NCBI GenBank assembly: GCA_050010755.1
Contig: JBEKKK010000001.1
Span: forward strand, 64,001-128,000
DNA from: Candidatus Bathyarchaeia archaeon
GTDB taxonomy: Archaea; Thermoproteota; Bathyarchaeia; Bathyarchaeales; Bathycorpusculaceae
DNA: 64,000 bases
Reading direction: 5' to 3'
The translations under genes were made by a program, and so were the position numbers. Positions 30,468-40,419 of the stretch are shown piece after piece; positions within the stretch are counted from its first letter, which is position 1; the number at the start of each line of letters is the position of its first letter. The notes under the pieces are model-generated. The model did not search any database. It saw nothing but the letters and a program-made list of their open reading frames with translations, and was not told the origin of the DNA.

Positions 30468-30905
30468 GTGAATAATCTGATACGTAAACTATCCAAATCC
30501 AAGAAGGGCATTTCGCCGATACTGGCAACGCTACTGCTGGTTGTAATCGCCGTGGCGGCCATCGTGGTCACCTACGCCTGGGTTATGACTTATACAGGTC
30601 ATTTGACGGGACAAGCAGGTGTTGTTCTCTACGAAGCAAACGTGAACTTCTACGGAAGCGGGTCAACGATAGACATTGACGTAGGAAATTCGGGAACTTC
30701 AGGCACCACGATAATTCAGGTTTACGTTGGAACATCAGCGTCAACAATGGAAAACCAGACGATTACTCCCATATCGCTCGCGGCGGGTTCTGTCCAGAGA
30801 ATAACGGTATCCTATTCTTGGCAAGCTGGAACAACATACTATTTCAAGGTGATATCGTCAAGTGGCCAAAGCCTGCCATGGAGTACAACAGCTCAGATAT
30901 CCTAG
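30468..30905 (+). CDS. Archaeal type IV pilin (probable major pilin)
   Basis: KSKKG/ISPILATLLLVVIAVAAIVV class III signal; 145 aa; own promoter; T6 tract at 30914-30919. Confidence 0.92.
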   Translation: MNNLIRKLSKSKKGISPILATLLLVVIAVAAIVVTYAWVMTYTGHLTGQAGVVLYEANVNFYGSGSTIDIDVGNSGTSGTTIIQVYVGTSASTMENQTITPISLAAGSVQRITVSYSWQAGTTYYFKVISSSGQSLPWSTTAQIS

Positions 30906-31015
30906 AAAACCCCTTTTTTAAAGTTCATCCGAATAATCTTAGCACGCGTGCCTCGAGCCAATGTGGAAAGATAATTAAGCAGAGAAGATAATTCGGAACT
31001 TCTGACGGTGTCACT

Positions 31016-31840
31016 TTGCAGTTTCCTTCGCAGACCCTGTTGGAGTTGGCAAGGACAATACTGGCCTTGGCCTTTCTTTTCTATGCTTCATGGAGCGACA
31101 ACGAAACACGAGAGGTAAGTAACACCGTTTGGATGGTTTTCGCTCCGCTCGCCTTCGTGCTCACTTTTGCCGAGGTTTACTTTTACCAGTTTTCCCAGTG
31201 GCCCCTCTATGGGATTTGCTTCGGCTTCACTGCCATGTTTGCCATCGTGATTTTTTACGCTGGAGGCTTCGGGGGAGCCGACGCAAAAGCACTTATGTGT
31301 CTGGCACTCGTGTTACCGTTCTTTCCAACGAGCCTGCTAACTCCCCTATACGGAGTTTCGCCCACCCAGCAGATACTCTTTCCTCTGAGTATTTTCAGCA
31401 ACTCCGTTTTGCTGGCGGCTCTCATGACGTTTGTTATGCTCGGGTACAACGTCGCTTGGCGTTTAAGAACAGGCAGAGAATTGTTTGAAGGATACTACGA
31501 GAACGGGTCCGTCGGCAGGAAGATTCTGGTCTTGATAACTGGTTATAGAGCTCCCATTCAGAAATTGAAGGACAAATGGCACGTTTATCCTCTTGAGGAT
31601 GCACACGAGGATTCTGAAAACAACATCGAGAGAAAACTGATCGCTATGCCAAAGGACGAGGGCAGAGACGGCGTCGTTCAGAGGCTTGATGAGGCTATCA
31701 AGGATGGAAAAATCCAAGACGGCATTTGGGCATCTCCAGGCCTGCCCTTCCTAATTTTCATCACGGCGGGTTTAGTCCTCGCGCTATTCGTTGGCGATAT
31801 CGTGTGGCTTTGCATAACACGCCTAATGGCACTCATTTAG
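31016..31840 (+). CDS. Prepilin/prearchaellin peptidase (A24, PibD/FlaK family)
   Basis: SWSD...REV, GFGGADAK, C-terminal WASPGLPFLIFITAG. Confidence 0.92.
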   Translation: MQFPSQTLLELARTILALAFLFYASWSDNETREVSNTVWMVFAPLAFVLTFAEVYFYQFSQWPLYGICFGFTAMFAIVIFYAGGFGGADAKALMCLALVLPFFPTSLLTPLYGVSPTQQILFPLSIFSNSVLLAALMTFVMLGYNVAWRLRTGRELFEGYYENGSVGRKILVLITGYRAPIQKLKDKWHVYPLEDAHEDSENNIERKLIAMPKDEGRDGVVQRLDEAIKDGKIQDGIWASPGLPFLIFITAGLVLALFVGDIVWLCITRLMALI

Positions 31841-31962
31841 CAGCTATTTTGAACACATCTTTTTCAGAGAAGAAATCAGGACTAAACGTGTTTTCTGTGC
31901 TTAGTTTTTTAAGAGCAGAAATGGTTGTTATCTTGTCTCTTAGCTGTTTGCGAGGTCTGAGA

Positions 31963-33324
31963 TTGCGGTTGTTTGGCAGCTCTGGAGTGCGCGGTTTAGC
32001 CAACGTCGAGTTGACCACCGTTCTGGCTGAGCAGGTCGGGTTAGCCGTGGCGACCTTCGCCGAGGCCAAAGAAGTACTTGTCGCTAGAGACACTAGAGTT
32101 TCAGGGAAGATGCTTCAGGAGGCGTTGGTTTCCGGCCTTGAGTCTGGCGGTGCCAACGTGAAATGCTTGGGAGTCATGCCTACTCCCGTGTTGGCTTTTT
32201 TGACAAGGAAGATGGAGGTTGATGCCGGCGTGATGATGACGGCTTCTCACAACCCGCCTGAGTACAACGGGATCAAGATTTTCGATCGTGAGGGTTTGGC
32301 ATATGACGAGGAAAGCCAAGTCGTGATTGAACGAATAATCGCGCAACAACGCTTCAGGCTCGCAGACTGGAAAAATGTCGGCCACGACCAGACTGCAGAG
32401 AATACCAGCCAGTACGTCGACGCTGTAGAAAAAAACGTAAGACTTCGCAGGAAATGGCGCATCGTGGTTGACGCCGGGTGCGGAGCCACGTTCAGCCTTG
32501 TTCCAACAGTTCTCCAACGTCTGGGTTGCACGGTGGCGGCGTTGAACTCGCAACCAGACGGATTGTTTCCAGCAAGAAGCCCTGAACCGAACCTCAAGTC
32601 TCTCACAGACCTGGCTGCCGTCGTAAGGACTTTACACGCTGACGCCGGCCTAGCCTATGATGGTGATGGTGACAGAGTGGCCTTCATAGATGAGAACGGA
32701 CACTTTTCCGATTTTGATCAAGTCTTGGCGGCGTATGCCTCTCACGTCGTGAAACAAAATCGGGGCGGTACGATCGTAACGAGTGTCGAAGCGTCGATGG
32801 CCGTAGAAAAAATGGTTGAACGACACGGGGGAAAGGTTGTTAGGACAAAGGTCGGCGACGTTTACATTACGGAACTGATTAAGAAGCACAACGCGATTTT
32901 CGGGGGCGAACCTTGCGGCGCATGGATACACCCGCAACTCAACTATTGCCCAGACGGCATACTTTCGTCAGTCATGCTTTTGAAGGCGTTGGAAGATGAG
33001 AGCGAGGGTTTAGCCGAGTTTGTTGCTGAAACGCCTAAGTATCCGATTCTGAGGGAAAACTTCAGCTGCAAGAAAGACGAGAAAGATGAAGCTGTGGAGA
33101 AAATCGGGGAACGCTTGAAATCTGTTTTCCAAACGTACCAGGAATTCTCGAAGGTTGACGGGGTTCGTTTGGTTCTCAAAACCGGATGGCTGCTGGTCAG
33201 AGCTTCAGGCACGGAGCCCCTTGTCAGACTGACAGTGGAGGGTGAATCGTTAAAAGCAGCAAGGGAGATAATGGAAAAAGGAGCAAAATCCATCAGAAAC
33301 CTGCTGGGGAACGATGATAGATGA
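31963..33324 (+). CDS. glmM: Phosphoglucosamine mutase
   Basis: RLFGSSGVRG, TASHNPPEYNGIK, DGDGDR, GGEPCG, VRASGTEP; TTG start at 31963 after SD GAGGT; precedes glmU. Confidence 0.85.
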   Translation: MRLFGSSGVRGLANVELTTVLAEQVGLAVATFAEAKEVLVARDTRVSGKMLQEALVSGLESGGANVKCLGVMPTPVLAFLTRKMEVDAGVMMTASHNPPEYNGIKIFDREGLAYDEESQVVIERIIAQQRFRLADWKNVGHDQTAENTSQYVDAVEKNVRLRRKWRIVVDAGCGATFSLVPTVLQRLGCTVAALNSQPDGLFPARSPEPNLKSLTDLAAVVRTLHADAGLAYDGDGDRVAFIDENGHFSDFDQVLAAYASHVVKQNRGGTIVTSVEASMAVEKMVERHGGKVVRTKVGDVYITELIKKHNAIFGGEPCGAWIHPQLNYCPDGILSSVMLLKALEDESEGLAEFVAETPKYPILRENFSCKKDEKDEAVEKIGERLKSVFQTYQEFSKVDGVRLVLKTGWLLVRASGTEPLVRLTVEGESLKAAREIMEKGAKSIRNLLGNDDR

Positions 33325-34592
33325 AAGCCGCAATCATGGCCGCGGGAGAAGGCGTCAGGCTTCAACCCATCACGACGACTAGACCTAAGCACCTCATTAA
33401 AGTGGCCGGAAAACCGGTACTCGAGCACTGCCTGAATGCTTTGAAGAAGGCAGGGATAAGCGAAACTGTGATAATCGTCCACTTCATGGAAGACGCGATC
33501 CGACAACACTTCGGCGACGGCAAACAATTCGGCATCAAGATTGAATACGCTGAACAAAAGGCAATCCTCGGAACAGGCAACGCCGTAAGCGTTGTTGAAC
33601 CTTACATGAACGACGATTTTCTGCTAATCAACGGCGATGTGCTATTTGCCGCGGAAGCTTTGAAAACCGTTATCGACTTGCATCAAAAAGAGAAACCTGC
33701 CACGACAATGGCCGTCGTGCCAGTTGAAAAACCGGAGAACTACGGCATTGTTGAGCTTGAAAACGGCAAACACGTGAAGCGCATAGTGGAAAAACCCGCA
33801 CGAGAAGAAGCCCCGACAAACTTGGCCAACGCGGGCATCTACGTTTTCTCAACAGAAATATTCGCCAAGATAAAACAAACCTCCGCCACGTCCAGAGGAG
33901 AATGGGAAATCCCAGATGCGCTCACGCTTCTCATCAACGAAAAAAAACCGGTGCTCGCCGTCAACATAGCCGCTGAAGACTGGATCGACATTGGAAGACC
34001 GTGGGACCTCCTTGAAGCGAACCGCTGGGCGTTGACGAGGATGAAACACAAACCTCTGGGGTTCATCGAAGAAGGCGCTCACCTGTTAGGCCCCGTGACA
34101 GTTGCGGAAACCGCGCACGTCCGTTCAGGAGCATACATTGAAGGACCGGCCTTCATAGACGGAGAAGCTGACATAGGACCTAACTGTTACATTCGCCCGT
34201 GCACGAGTATCGGCAGAAAAGCAAGGGTGGGAAACGCCTGCGAAATCAAGAACAGCATTATAATGGACAATGCACACATAGGCCACCTTTCTTACGTTGG
34301 TGACAGCATAATAGGCGAGAGATGCAATCTAGGCGCTGGCACGATAACCGCCAACTATCGGCTTGACGCGGGCACAATCAAGATGATGGTAAAGGACAAA
34401 CTCGTGGACAGTGGAAGAAAAAAACTTGGAGCAGTCCTGGGAGACAACGTGAAAACAGGCATAAACGCGCTTCTCATGCCAGGAGTCAAGGTGGGAAACG
34501 ACAGTTGGATAGGCCCGAACCTCATGGTTCAGAGAGATCTGCCGCAAAAGAGCAGGGTGTTTCTGAGGCAGGAGCTCGAGAACAAAAACTGA
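33321..34592 (+). CDS. glmU: Bifunctional sugar-1-phosphate nucleotidylyltransferase/acetyltransferase (archaeal GlmU)
   Basis: AAGEGVRLQP.T..RPK, VEKP, hexapeptide LbH region with HLSYVGDSIIG and NYRLD. Confidence 0.9.
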   Translation: MKAAIMAAGEGVRLQPITTTRPKHLIKVAGKPVLEHCLNALKKAGISETVIIVHFMEDAIRQHFGDGKQFGIKIEYAEQKAILGTGNAVSVVEPYMNDDFLLINGDVLFAAEALKTVIDLHQKEKPATTMAVVPVEKPENYGIVELENGKHVKRIVEKPAREEAPTNLANAGIYVFSTEIFAKIKQTSATSRGEWEIPDALTLLINEKKPVLAVNIAAEDWIDIGRPWDLLEANRWALTRMKHKPLGFIEEGAHLLGPVTVAETAHVRSGAYIEGPAFIDGEADIGPNCYIRPCTSIGRKARVGNACEIKNSIIMDNAHIGHLSYVGDSIIGERCNLGAGTITANYRLDAGTIKMMVKDKLVDSGRKKLGAVLGDNVKTGINALLMPGVKVGNDSWIGPNLMVQRDLPQKSRVFLRQELENKN

Positions 34593-34655
34593 ACGATTTT
34601 CCTAGGAACTCCGAAAGAGATAAATGCAGTGATCAACTGATTTTGGGTCGAGACT

Positions 34656-35147
34656 ATGAAAGAAGAAAAACTTCTGAAGCTTTTGAAAGAATTAATCAGA
34701 AACTCCAGGAGAAGCGATAGAGAACTGGCAAAGACCCTGAGAGTATCTCAGCCCACGGTCACTAGGAACAGAAAACTCGCGGAAAATTATGTGAGAAGCT
34801 ACACGGTCATCCCAGAATTTCAGAAGATCGGATACGAAATCTTCGCGATCACCTTCGCCAAAGCAAAGACTTACGATAAGAAAGAAGTGGAAACGAAACT
34901 GGAGGCACAGAGGAAATGGGTAATGCAACAACACAACGTCTTCTTTGCATCCGATGGAGAAGGGCTCGGAAAAGACGCGGTGATCCTGTCCCTCCACAAG
35001 GACTACTCGAAATACGCCAATTTCATGCGAGAATACACCGTCAACTTCGCAGACTTCATCAGCGACGTCCAATCATTCATCGTGAGCCTGAAGACCGGAA
35101 TGATAATCAAACCGTTTGACCTGAAGTATCTCGCCGAAGACCTGTAA
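34656..35147 (+). CDS. Lrp/AsnC family transcriptional regulator
   Basis: NSRRSDRELAKTLRVSQPTVTR helix-turn-helix; YTVIPEFQKIGY. Confidence 0.88.
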   Translation: MKEEKLLKLLKELIRNSRRSDRELAKTLRVSQPTVTRNRKLAENYVRSYTVIPEFQKIGYEIFAITFAKAKTYDKKEVETKLEAQRKWVMQQHNVFFASDGEGLGKDAVILSLHKDYSKYANFMREYTVNFADFISDVQSFIVSLKTGMIIKPFDLKYLAEDL

Positions 35148-35405
35148 GAATATCCTTGCCAGAGACTGTTTCCAAACCCCATTTTTCAAGCATCCAGTCT
35201 TTGACCTGTCCAAAATCAACTCAACTCAAGACTTGCGAGGCTCTCACAGAAACTGCTCACAGGACACTGCCAAAGCAAGAATTGCCGGATTCAAGTTCTG
35301 AAAAAACCGGAAAAAAAGTGTGATACAGCCCGCTGCAAAAGGCTGGAGTTATCATTTTTAAATAGTTGTTTTGCAATCTCGTTAGGTAGAATGGGGGTTA
35401 AGTGA

Positions 35406-35834
35406 TTGTCTGTTGCTCAGAGAAAGTATTTCAGTGAGGTCTCAGCGTTGGCGGATAGGCACGTGATCGTTGGAACTATTACTGGAAAGACGTTTACTGG
35501 AACATTGCTCGGCATTAACCCTGACAATTTGAGCCTTTGTCTCTCAGAAGCTAAGGATGAGGAAGGGAAGATGTTGCACAGGGTTTTTCTGAATGGCAAT
35601 GTTGTGGCCCAGATTTTGAGTGTTGAAAAACCTTTTGATTTGAAGGCTCTGGCTGATCGGCTCGAAAAGGTGTTTCCGACGATGGTCAAGCTCTACGAAG
35701 ACAAGGGGTTCATTTGGGTCATGGATAAGGTTAAAGTGACGGAAAAGGGCGTGGTCGAAGGGTCGGGCCCTGCTGCTGAACGCGTGGATAAGGTTTATGC
35801 GTCTTTCATCGCTGAGTCCAGGGGAAAAACTTAG
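35406..35834 (+). CDS. Lsm/Sm-like RNA-binding protein with C-terminal extension (SmAP3 type)
   Basis: GKTFTGTLLGI..NLSLCLSEA Sm1 motif; FDLKALADRLE..GVVEGSGPAAERV Lsm_C-like tail. Confidence 0.88.
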   Translation: MSVAQRKYFSEVSALADRHVIVGTITGKTFTGTLLGINPDNLSLCLSEAKDEEGKMLHRVFLNGNVVAQILSVEKPFDLKALADRLEKVFPTMVKLYEDKGFIWVMDKVKVTEKGVVEGSGPAAERVDKVYASFIAESRGKT

Positions 35835-36583
35835 ATAAACCAGCGAAACTGCTGTTCCTCTTTCTTCTTTTCTGTCCCGACGGTTCTTATCAAACCGAAG
35901 GATTCCAAGATTCTCTTGATCTCTTCTGCAGCTGTGTCCAGGGTGGACAGGTCGACGTTCATGTTCAGGAACTCGTTCAGTGCTGCCAGCACGTAACGCG
36001 TGGCGTTTGCATCCGGATACATGCCCAACGTGTCCACCAAGAGCGAGAAGCTCTTGAAACCCCTGAGCCTGGCCAAACCGATAGTGAGCCCGGCGATGCC
36101 GAATATCTGCCCAACCATTATCTTCGCTCCGAGGCTGAGAACACTGTTCAATGTCTCATGATCCGATGCAGCCGTGTAAATCTGAGGAACACCTTTAATC
36201 TCTTCCTGCCTGAATCCGCCCAAGGTCACGACATAATGGCAGTCCAGATCCTGAGCAACGTCCAAGATTTTACCGCAGAGCTCGTATTGTCCTGAAGTCG
36301 TCAAAGCCTGCGTGTTGCCGTACCAGATTATCAAGTCGCGCCCTTCCTTCAGGCTCTTGTAATAGTACAGTTCGTTCATCGGACACTGCACCCCACCCTT
36401 CTCGGTCGTGACCGCCAAGTCTTGGAAGGCCGAAGAATGAACCTCGCCGAAACGTTCTGCCTTCAACTCGCGAATCAAGTGCAGAGAAGCAATGTTGGCC
36501 ACGAAACCTATTCCTGGCAGACCTTCAATCAGAACAGGATCATGAAGTTTCGGTTTCTCGAAGAGTTCAATCACACAGACCAT
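35831..36583 (-). CDS. PAC2-family proteasome assembly chaperone
   Basis: PVLIEGLPGIGFVA, TLGGF, IFGIAGL, YPDANA; convergent stop overlap with the Lsm gene. Confidence 0.9.
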   Translation of the reverse strand: MVCVIELFEKPKLHDPVLIEGLPGIGFVANIASLHLIRELKAERFGEVHSSAFQDLAVTTEKGGVQCPMNELYYYKSLKEGRDLIIWYGNTQALTTSGQYELCGKILDVAQDLDCHYVVTLGGFRQEEIKGVPQIYTAASDHETLNSVLSLGAKIMVGQIFGIAGLTIGLARLRGFKSFSLLVDTLGMYPDANATRYVLAALNEFLNMNVDLSTLDTAAEEIKRILESFGLIRTVGTEKKKEEQQFRWFI

Positions 36584-36660
36584 TAATTCTCCTTCCGATA
36601 GGGTAGGCAGTAGTACATGGAAAAATCGCGGTATAAGTGTGTTTAGCTCGAAACGTGAGG

Positions 36661-38727
36661 CTAGCAGAGTTCGACAAGCTTGGATTTCTCAAGGTCTCGC
36701 AGAAACTTCAATACGTGTTCAGGATTGGTTTCGCTGTACTCCGCAGAAACAGCCATTACAATCTCGTAGATGCTCCGTTTTCCATTCATGAAGTTCAGCA
36801 TTTCCGCCGTCTTCTTGTCGAAATCCTCGTCTATCTTGCGCACTTCTTCGTACCACTCCAACTCTTTCTCGCTCAACGTTTTCCTCAAAACGTTAGAATC
36901 AAGCGGGCCCTTGAAAAGTCGCCTCGGAACCACACTAAGTTCCTTATTGGATTCTGCATGGTCATTTTGGTTTGGAAGAGTCAACGCCGATGCCTTAGCT
37001 ACGAAGCTCAGGATGTCTTGCAGGTCTGCTAGCCCCCGTGCAGCCATGGCTGCAATGTTTTTGCAGAGCACACTCAGAGAAGCGTTCAGCTCAGCGCTTT
37101 CTCCGAATCTTCTCACTGATTTGACTGCTTCTTGCTCACGCCACGCGAAATGTTCTATTCTATTCTTGTGGTAAGAGATTGTCCTCTCCAGTTCTCTGGC
37201 TAGCTCTTCAGGCTTGTCTCTAAGCCTCGGGTCTTGCCTCTTTTTGAACAGTTTTTCAACGGCTTCTCGCTTGGCTTCTTCGATTCTGATGATGCCCTCC
37301 GAAGCGGTTTCATGCGCGAGCTGAAATGCCGTTTCAAGGGTGGCGTTTGCGAGAGTCAGCATGACGTTTGTCGCTATCCATCCGACCCTTTTTAGGCTGT
37401 TCTCACTCACTTTGTCAATGGTGTCCATGCTCGTGTGATAGAACAAGTCTGGCCATTGGAGCAGCATTACGCATGGAACTCCTATCGTTGAGTCGGTGAA
37501 TTCCGCGTGGTCACTGCCGCCGCTGAAGGCCCCTGTTGCATAACGGAAGATGGATGACGAGCCGAACGAAGATGGGACATCAAATTGTCTAACAGATTCC
37601 TGCATGAAGCCGAAGACCAGATCATTCAAATAGGATGGCAATGAATCTGGAGTGCGGTCAAGGTTGAGAGTGGACTTGCAGAGTTCCTGATTCTGACCCA
37701 CCATGTCCAAGTTTATGCCTGCAACGAGCCTGGTTGGCAGGTCCTCGTGGCCGTGAAGGTAGCTTACAGAACCGAACGTTTCGGGCACCCACAAGAAGCG
37801 TATTGTCCGAGCTGGGCGCTCAATCTTTCCAGATTCAATCAGGACGTTGATTGTTCTGGCAATTTCCAATAGCAACCCACTGCCGGAGGCATTATCGTTG
37901 GCGCTGGGCTTGGGGTGGCAGAGATGAGCGACCAGAAAGACTTCCTCTTCCGGTTTCAGCCTGCCTTGCACAGTTGCTGTCACCACGTCCAAGTTGCCAG
38001 GAAACAACCTTGCGTCCACCCTGGCCTTGAGCTTTACGGGTTTTCCGCGTTTGAGCAGAGTCCGAAGCTGGTTTCCTTGCCGTTTGCTCAGAGAGAATCC
38101 GAATTTGACCTTGTCCAACACTTCCGCGGAGGGCCATATGGACTGGTACGCATGGGCGTCGGGAATGTCCAGACTTTCTCGTACGTCGGGTATTTCGAAA
38201 GTGATTGAGTCTGTGATTACGCCGGCGGCTCCACACTTGTAAACGGCTTGTTCGTGAACAGATTTTGCCCTGCCAGTGGCTAGCACGAATTTGTCCTTAA
38301 CGTCTTTTCCCTCATAATCGGCTGTCTTGGTTCCAGCGCCGACGTCAACAAGCTCAGCTGTGACGCCCTCTTGAGGCGTTCCGTTACTGTAGGTGTGCAG
38401 ACTCTGAGGCGTGTCATTATACGAAGCGAGAAGCTTTTCCTCGGGTTCTAGGAGTCGAAGCTCGGCGCTCTCAACCGTCCAGCCCATTGGGGACGTGAAG
38501 GTCCAGTATTTCTGGGCTCCGTCAGCAGGAAACTGTTCTATAACAGCATCCCTCAGCCCTATTTTCAGAAGCTCGCTCTTCACGTATTCGGCGGCTTCAT
38601 GGAACATCGTTGAAGCTTGAACTCTGTGAAAACGGGTAATTTGTGCCACATACGATTTGGCGACATTTCCAGAAAGCTCCTCTTTGACAATCTCATTTAG
38701 ACCCATGTCCGAACCTCGCATTCCCAT
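36661..38727 (-). CDS. M28-family aminopeptidase-like protein (DUF4910) with PA domain and C-terminal winged helix
   Basis: AHLCHPKPSANDNASG, WVPE, NLDMVG, GSDH, YHTSMD. Confidence 0.85.
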   Translation of the reverse strand: MGMRGSDMGLNEIVKEELSGNVAKSYVAQITRFHRVQASTMFHEAAEYVKSELLKIGLRDAVIEQFPADGAQKYWTFTSPMGWTVESAELRLLEPEEKLLASYNDTPQSLHTYSNGTPQEGVTAELVDVGAGTKTADYEGKDVKDKFVLATGRAKSVHEQAVYKCGAAGVITDSITFEIPDVRESLDIPDAHAYQSIWPSAEVLDKVKFGFSLSKRQGNQLRTLLKRGKPVKLKARVDARLFPGNLDVVTATVQGRLKPEEEVFLVAHLCHPKPSANDNASGSGLLLEIARTINVLIESGKIERPARTIRFLWVPETFGSVSYLHGHEDLPTRLVAGINLDMVGQNQELCKSTLNLDRTPDSLPSYLNDLVFGFMQESVRQFDVPSSFGSSSIFRYATGAFSGGSDHAEFTDSTIGVPCVMLLQWPDLFYHTSMDTIDKVSENSLKRVGWIATNVMLTLANATLETAFQLAHETASEGIIRIEEAKREAVEKLFKKRQDPRLRDKPEELARELERTISYHKNRIEHFAWREQEAVKSVRRFGESAELNASLSVLCKNIAAMAARGLADLQDILSFVAKASALTLPNQNDHAESNKELSVVPRRLFKGPLDSNVLRKTLSEKELEWYEEVRKIDEDFDKKTAEMLNFMNGKRSIYEIVMAVSAEYSETNPEHVLKFLRDLEKSKLVELC

Positions 38728-38793
38728 CTGTTGGTCATTATCTGGTGAATGTTTTTTATATGTCTGCTTGTTTTCTTTTGTCAGAGTTCAGCC

Positions 38794-40395
38794 ATGTCTT
38801 TTGAGATAAGAGAAAAAGATTTGCTGGCAAGAATTGGAAGACTTCAGACCAAGAGTGGAGTGCTAGAGACGCCTCTGCTTTTTCCAGTAATAAACCCCAT
38901 CGTGCAGCCTGTTTCTCCGAGGAGAATTAGAGAAGAGTTCGGGTTTGAGGCCCTCATAACCAACGCCTACATTTTGAAGAAACATTCAGAGAAACAGCCT
39001 ACCAAGAACGGTCTGCAAAGCTTCCTGGATTTCAACGGTCCAATTATGACCGATTCCGGCGCCTACCAGATTCTTGTATACGGCGACGTGGAAGTAACGC
39101 CGAAAGAGATAGTGGAATATCAGGAACAGATAGGTTCGGACATCGCCACGATACTTGACATTCCAACAGGCTGGAAAGTTACAGAAGCCTGTGCGCGACA
39201 AACGGTCGAAGAGACTCTGAAGCGAGCCAAAGAGTTCTTCACGTTCAAATCGAGAGAAGACATTCTGTGGGTTGGGCCAGTGCAAGGCGGAAAATATTTG
39301 GACCTCGTTGCCAGGTCCGCCAAGGAAATGGGAAAGCTTGCCTTCCAAATACACGCCTTAGGAAGCCCTACTGAAGTTATGGAACGCTATCGGTTCGACG
39401 TCCTGGTGGACATGATAATGACTGCTAAGATAAATCTGCCCGTTGAGAGGCCGCTTCATCTCTTCGGCGCCGGACACCCTTTCATGTTCGCTTTGGCAGT
39501 AGCCTCGGGATGCGACTTTTTTGACTCGGCAGCGTACTCGTTGTATGCCAAGGAAGGTCGCTACATGACCGAAGCGGGCACTTGCAGACTGAACGAGCTT
39601 GATTACTTTCCATGCGTCTGCCCAAAATGCGTGAGAGCAACGCCGAAACAAATTATGGAACTGGCTCCGAAAGAAGTGCAGATGTTCCTCGCCGAACACA
39701 ACCTTCACGCATGTGCCGCCGAGTTGAAACGCATTAAACAAGCCATAAAAGACGGCAGATTGTGGGAACACTTGGAAATGCGGGCCCACGGACACCCAGC
39801 CTTGTTTCAAGCACTGAAAAGCCTGAAGAAATACGAGAATTACGTTGAAAGACACGATCCATCTGTAAAAAATAGCGGATTGTTCTTCTTCAGCTCCATC
39901 GGGCTCGCCCGACCCGAAATTGTCCGGCATAGGAAGAAGCTGGCCGAAAGGTATACCCCGCCCAGCGAAGCAAAAATCCTGCTTTTGTTACCACAGACGC
40001 GAAGAAAACCGTTTCACAAGTCAGAGACTTTCACGAATACCATCAGACAGCTCCAGACGTTGAAAAAGCCCAGCGTGTTTCACGCGTGCGTCTACAGCGC
40101 CCCATTCGGAGTAGTTCCGACCGAGCTCGACGAAATGTATCCGCTATCACAACATGAAACAATTCAGACGCCAGACAAGGAAACATCAGAGTACGTGGCA
40201 GCCCAGCTCGCTGAGTACATTAGCCGCACCAGATATGAAACCGTAGTGCTGTTAGACGACACTGAAAACTGGGGTAAAACAGTCCTCAACGCGTGCAGAA
40301 GGGCTTGTGCACATAAGAAGATTGGATTCAAACGCATTGTCGCCGCGAAAAAGCAAGAGAAGAACCTGATAACTGCTTTGAAGGATCCCCTGTGA
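38794..40395 (+). CDS. tgtA: Archaeosine tRNA-guanine(15) transglycosylase
   Basis: MSFEI..KDL.ARIG, ETP...PV.NP, MTDSGAYQ, LDIPT, PVQGG, HLFGAGHP, FDSAAY, CVCPKC..HNL; ATG start at 38794. Confidence 0.93.
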   Translation: MSFEIREKDLLARIGRLQTKSGVLETPLLFPVINPIVQPVSPRRIREEFGFEALITNAYILKKHSEKQPTKNGLQSFLDFNGPIMTDSGAYQILVYGDVEVTPKEIVEYQEQIGSDIATILDIPTGWKVTEACARQTVEETLKRAKEFFTFKSREDILWVGPVQGGKYLDLVARSAKEMGKLAFQIHALGSPTEVMERYRFDVLVDMIMTAKINLPVERPLHLFGAGHPFMFALAVASGCDFFDSAAYSLYAKEGRYMTEAGTCRLNELDYFPCVCPKCVRATPKQIMELAPKEVQMFLAEHNLHACAAELKRIKQAIKDGRLWEHLEMRAHGHPALFQALKSLKKYENYVERHDPSVKNSGLFFFSSIGLARPEIVRHRKKLAERYTPPSEAKILLLLPQTRRKPFHKSETFTNTIRQLQTLKKPSVFHACVYSAPFGVVPTELDEMYPLSQHETIQTPDKETSEYVAAQLAEYISRTRYETVVLLDDTENWGKTVLNACRRACAHKKIGFKRIVAAKKQEKNLITALKDPL

Positions 40396-40419
40396 GGAGA
40401 CAATAAAATATCTGGACCC

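Noticed and set aside
20334-31840. Archaellum (motility) operon
   Set aside because: No flaH, flaF, flaG or che genes; the subunits are pilin-type.
31726-31962. N-terminal extension of glmM in the ORF track (similarly the extensions of tgtA, tadC, cdhC, mrp and 753..992)
   Set aside because: These overlap upstream genes or promoters; conserved N-termini, in several cases with SD sites, point to downstream starts.
35242-35270. Short direct repeat ctcacagaaactg/ctcacaggacactg
   Set aside because: Only two imperfect copies; could be chance.
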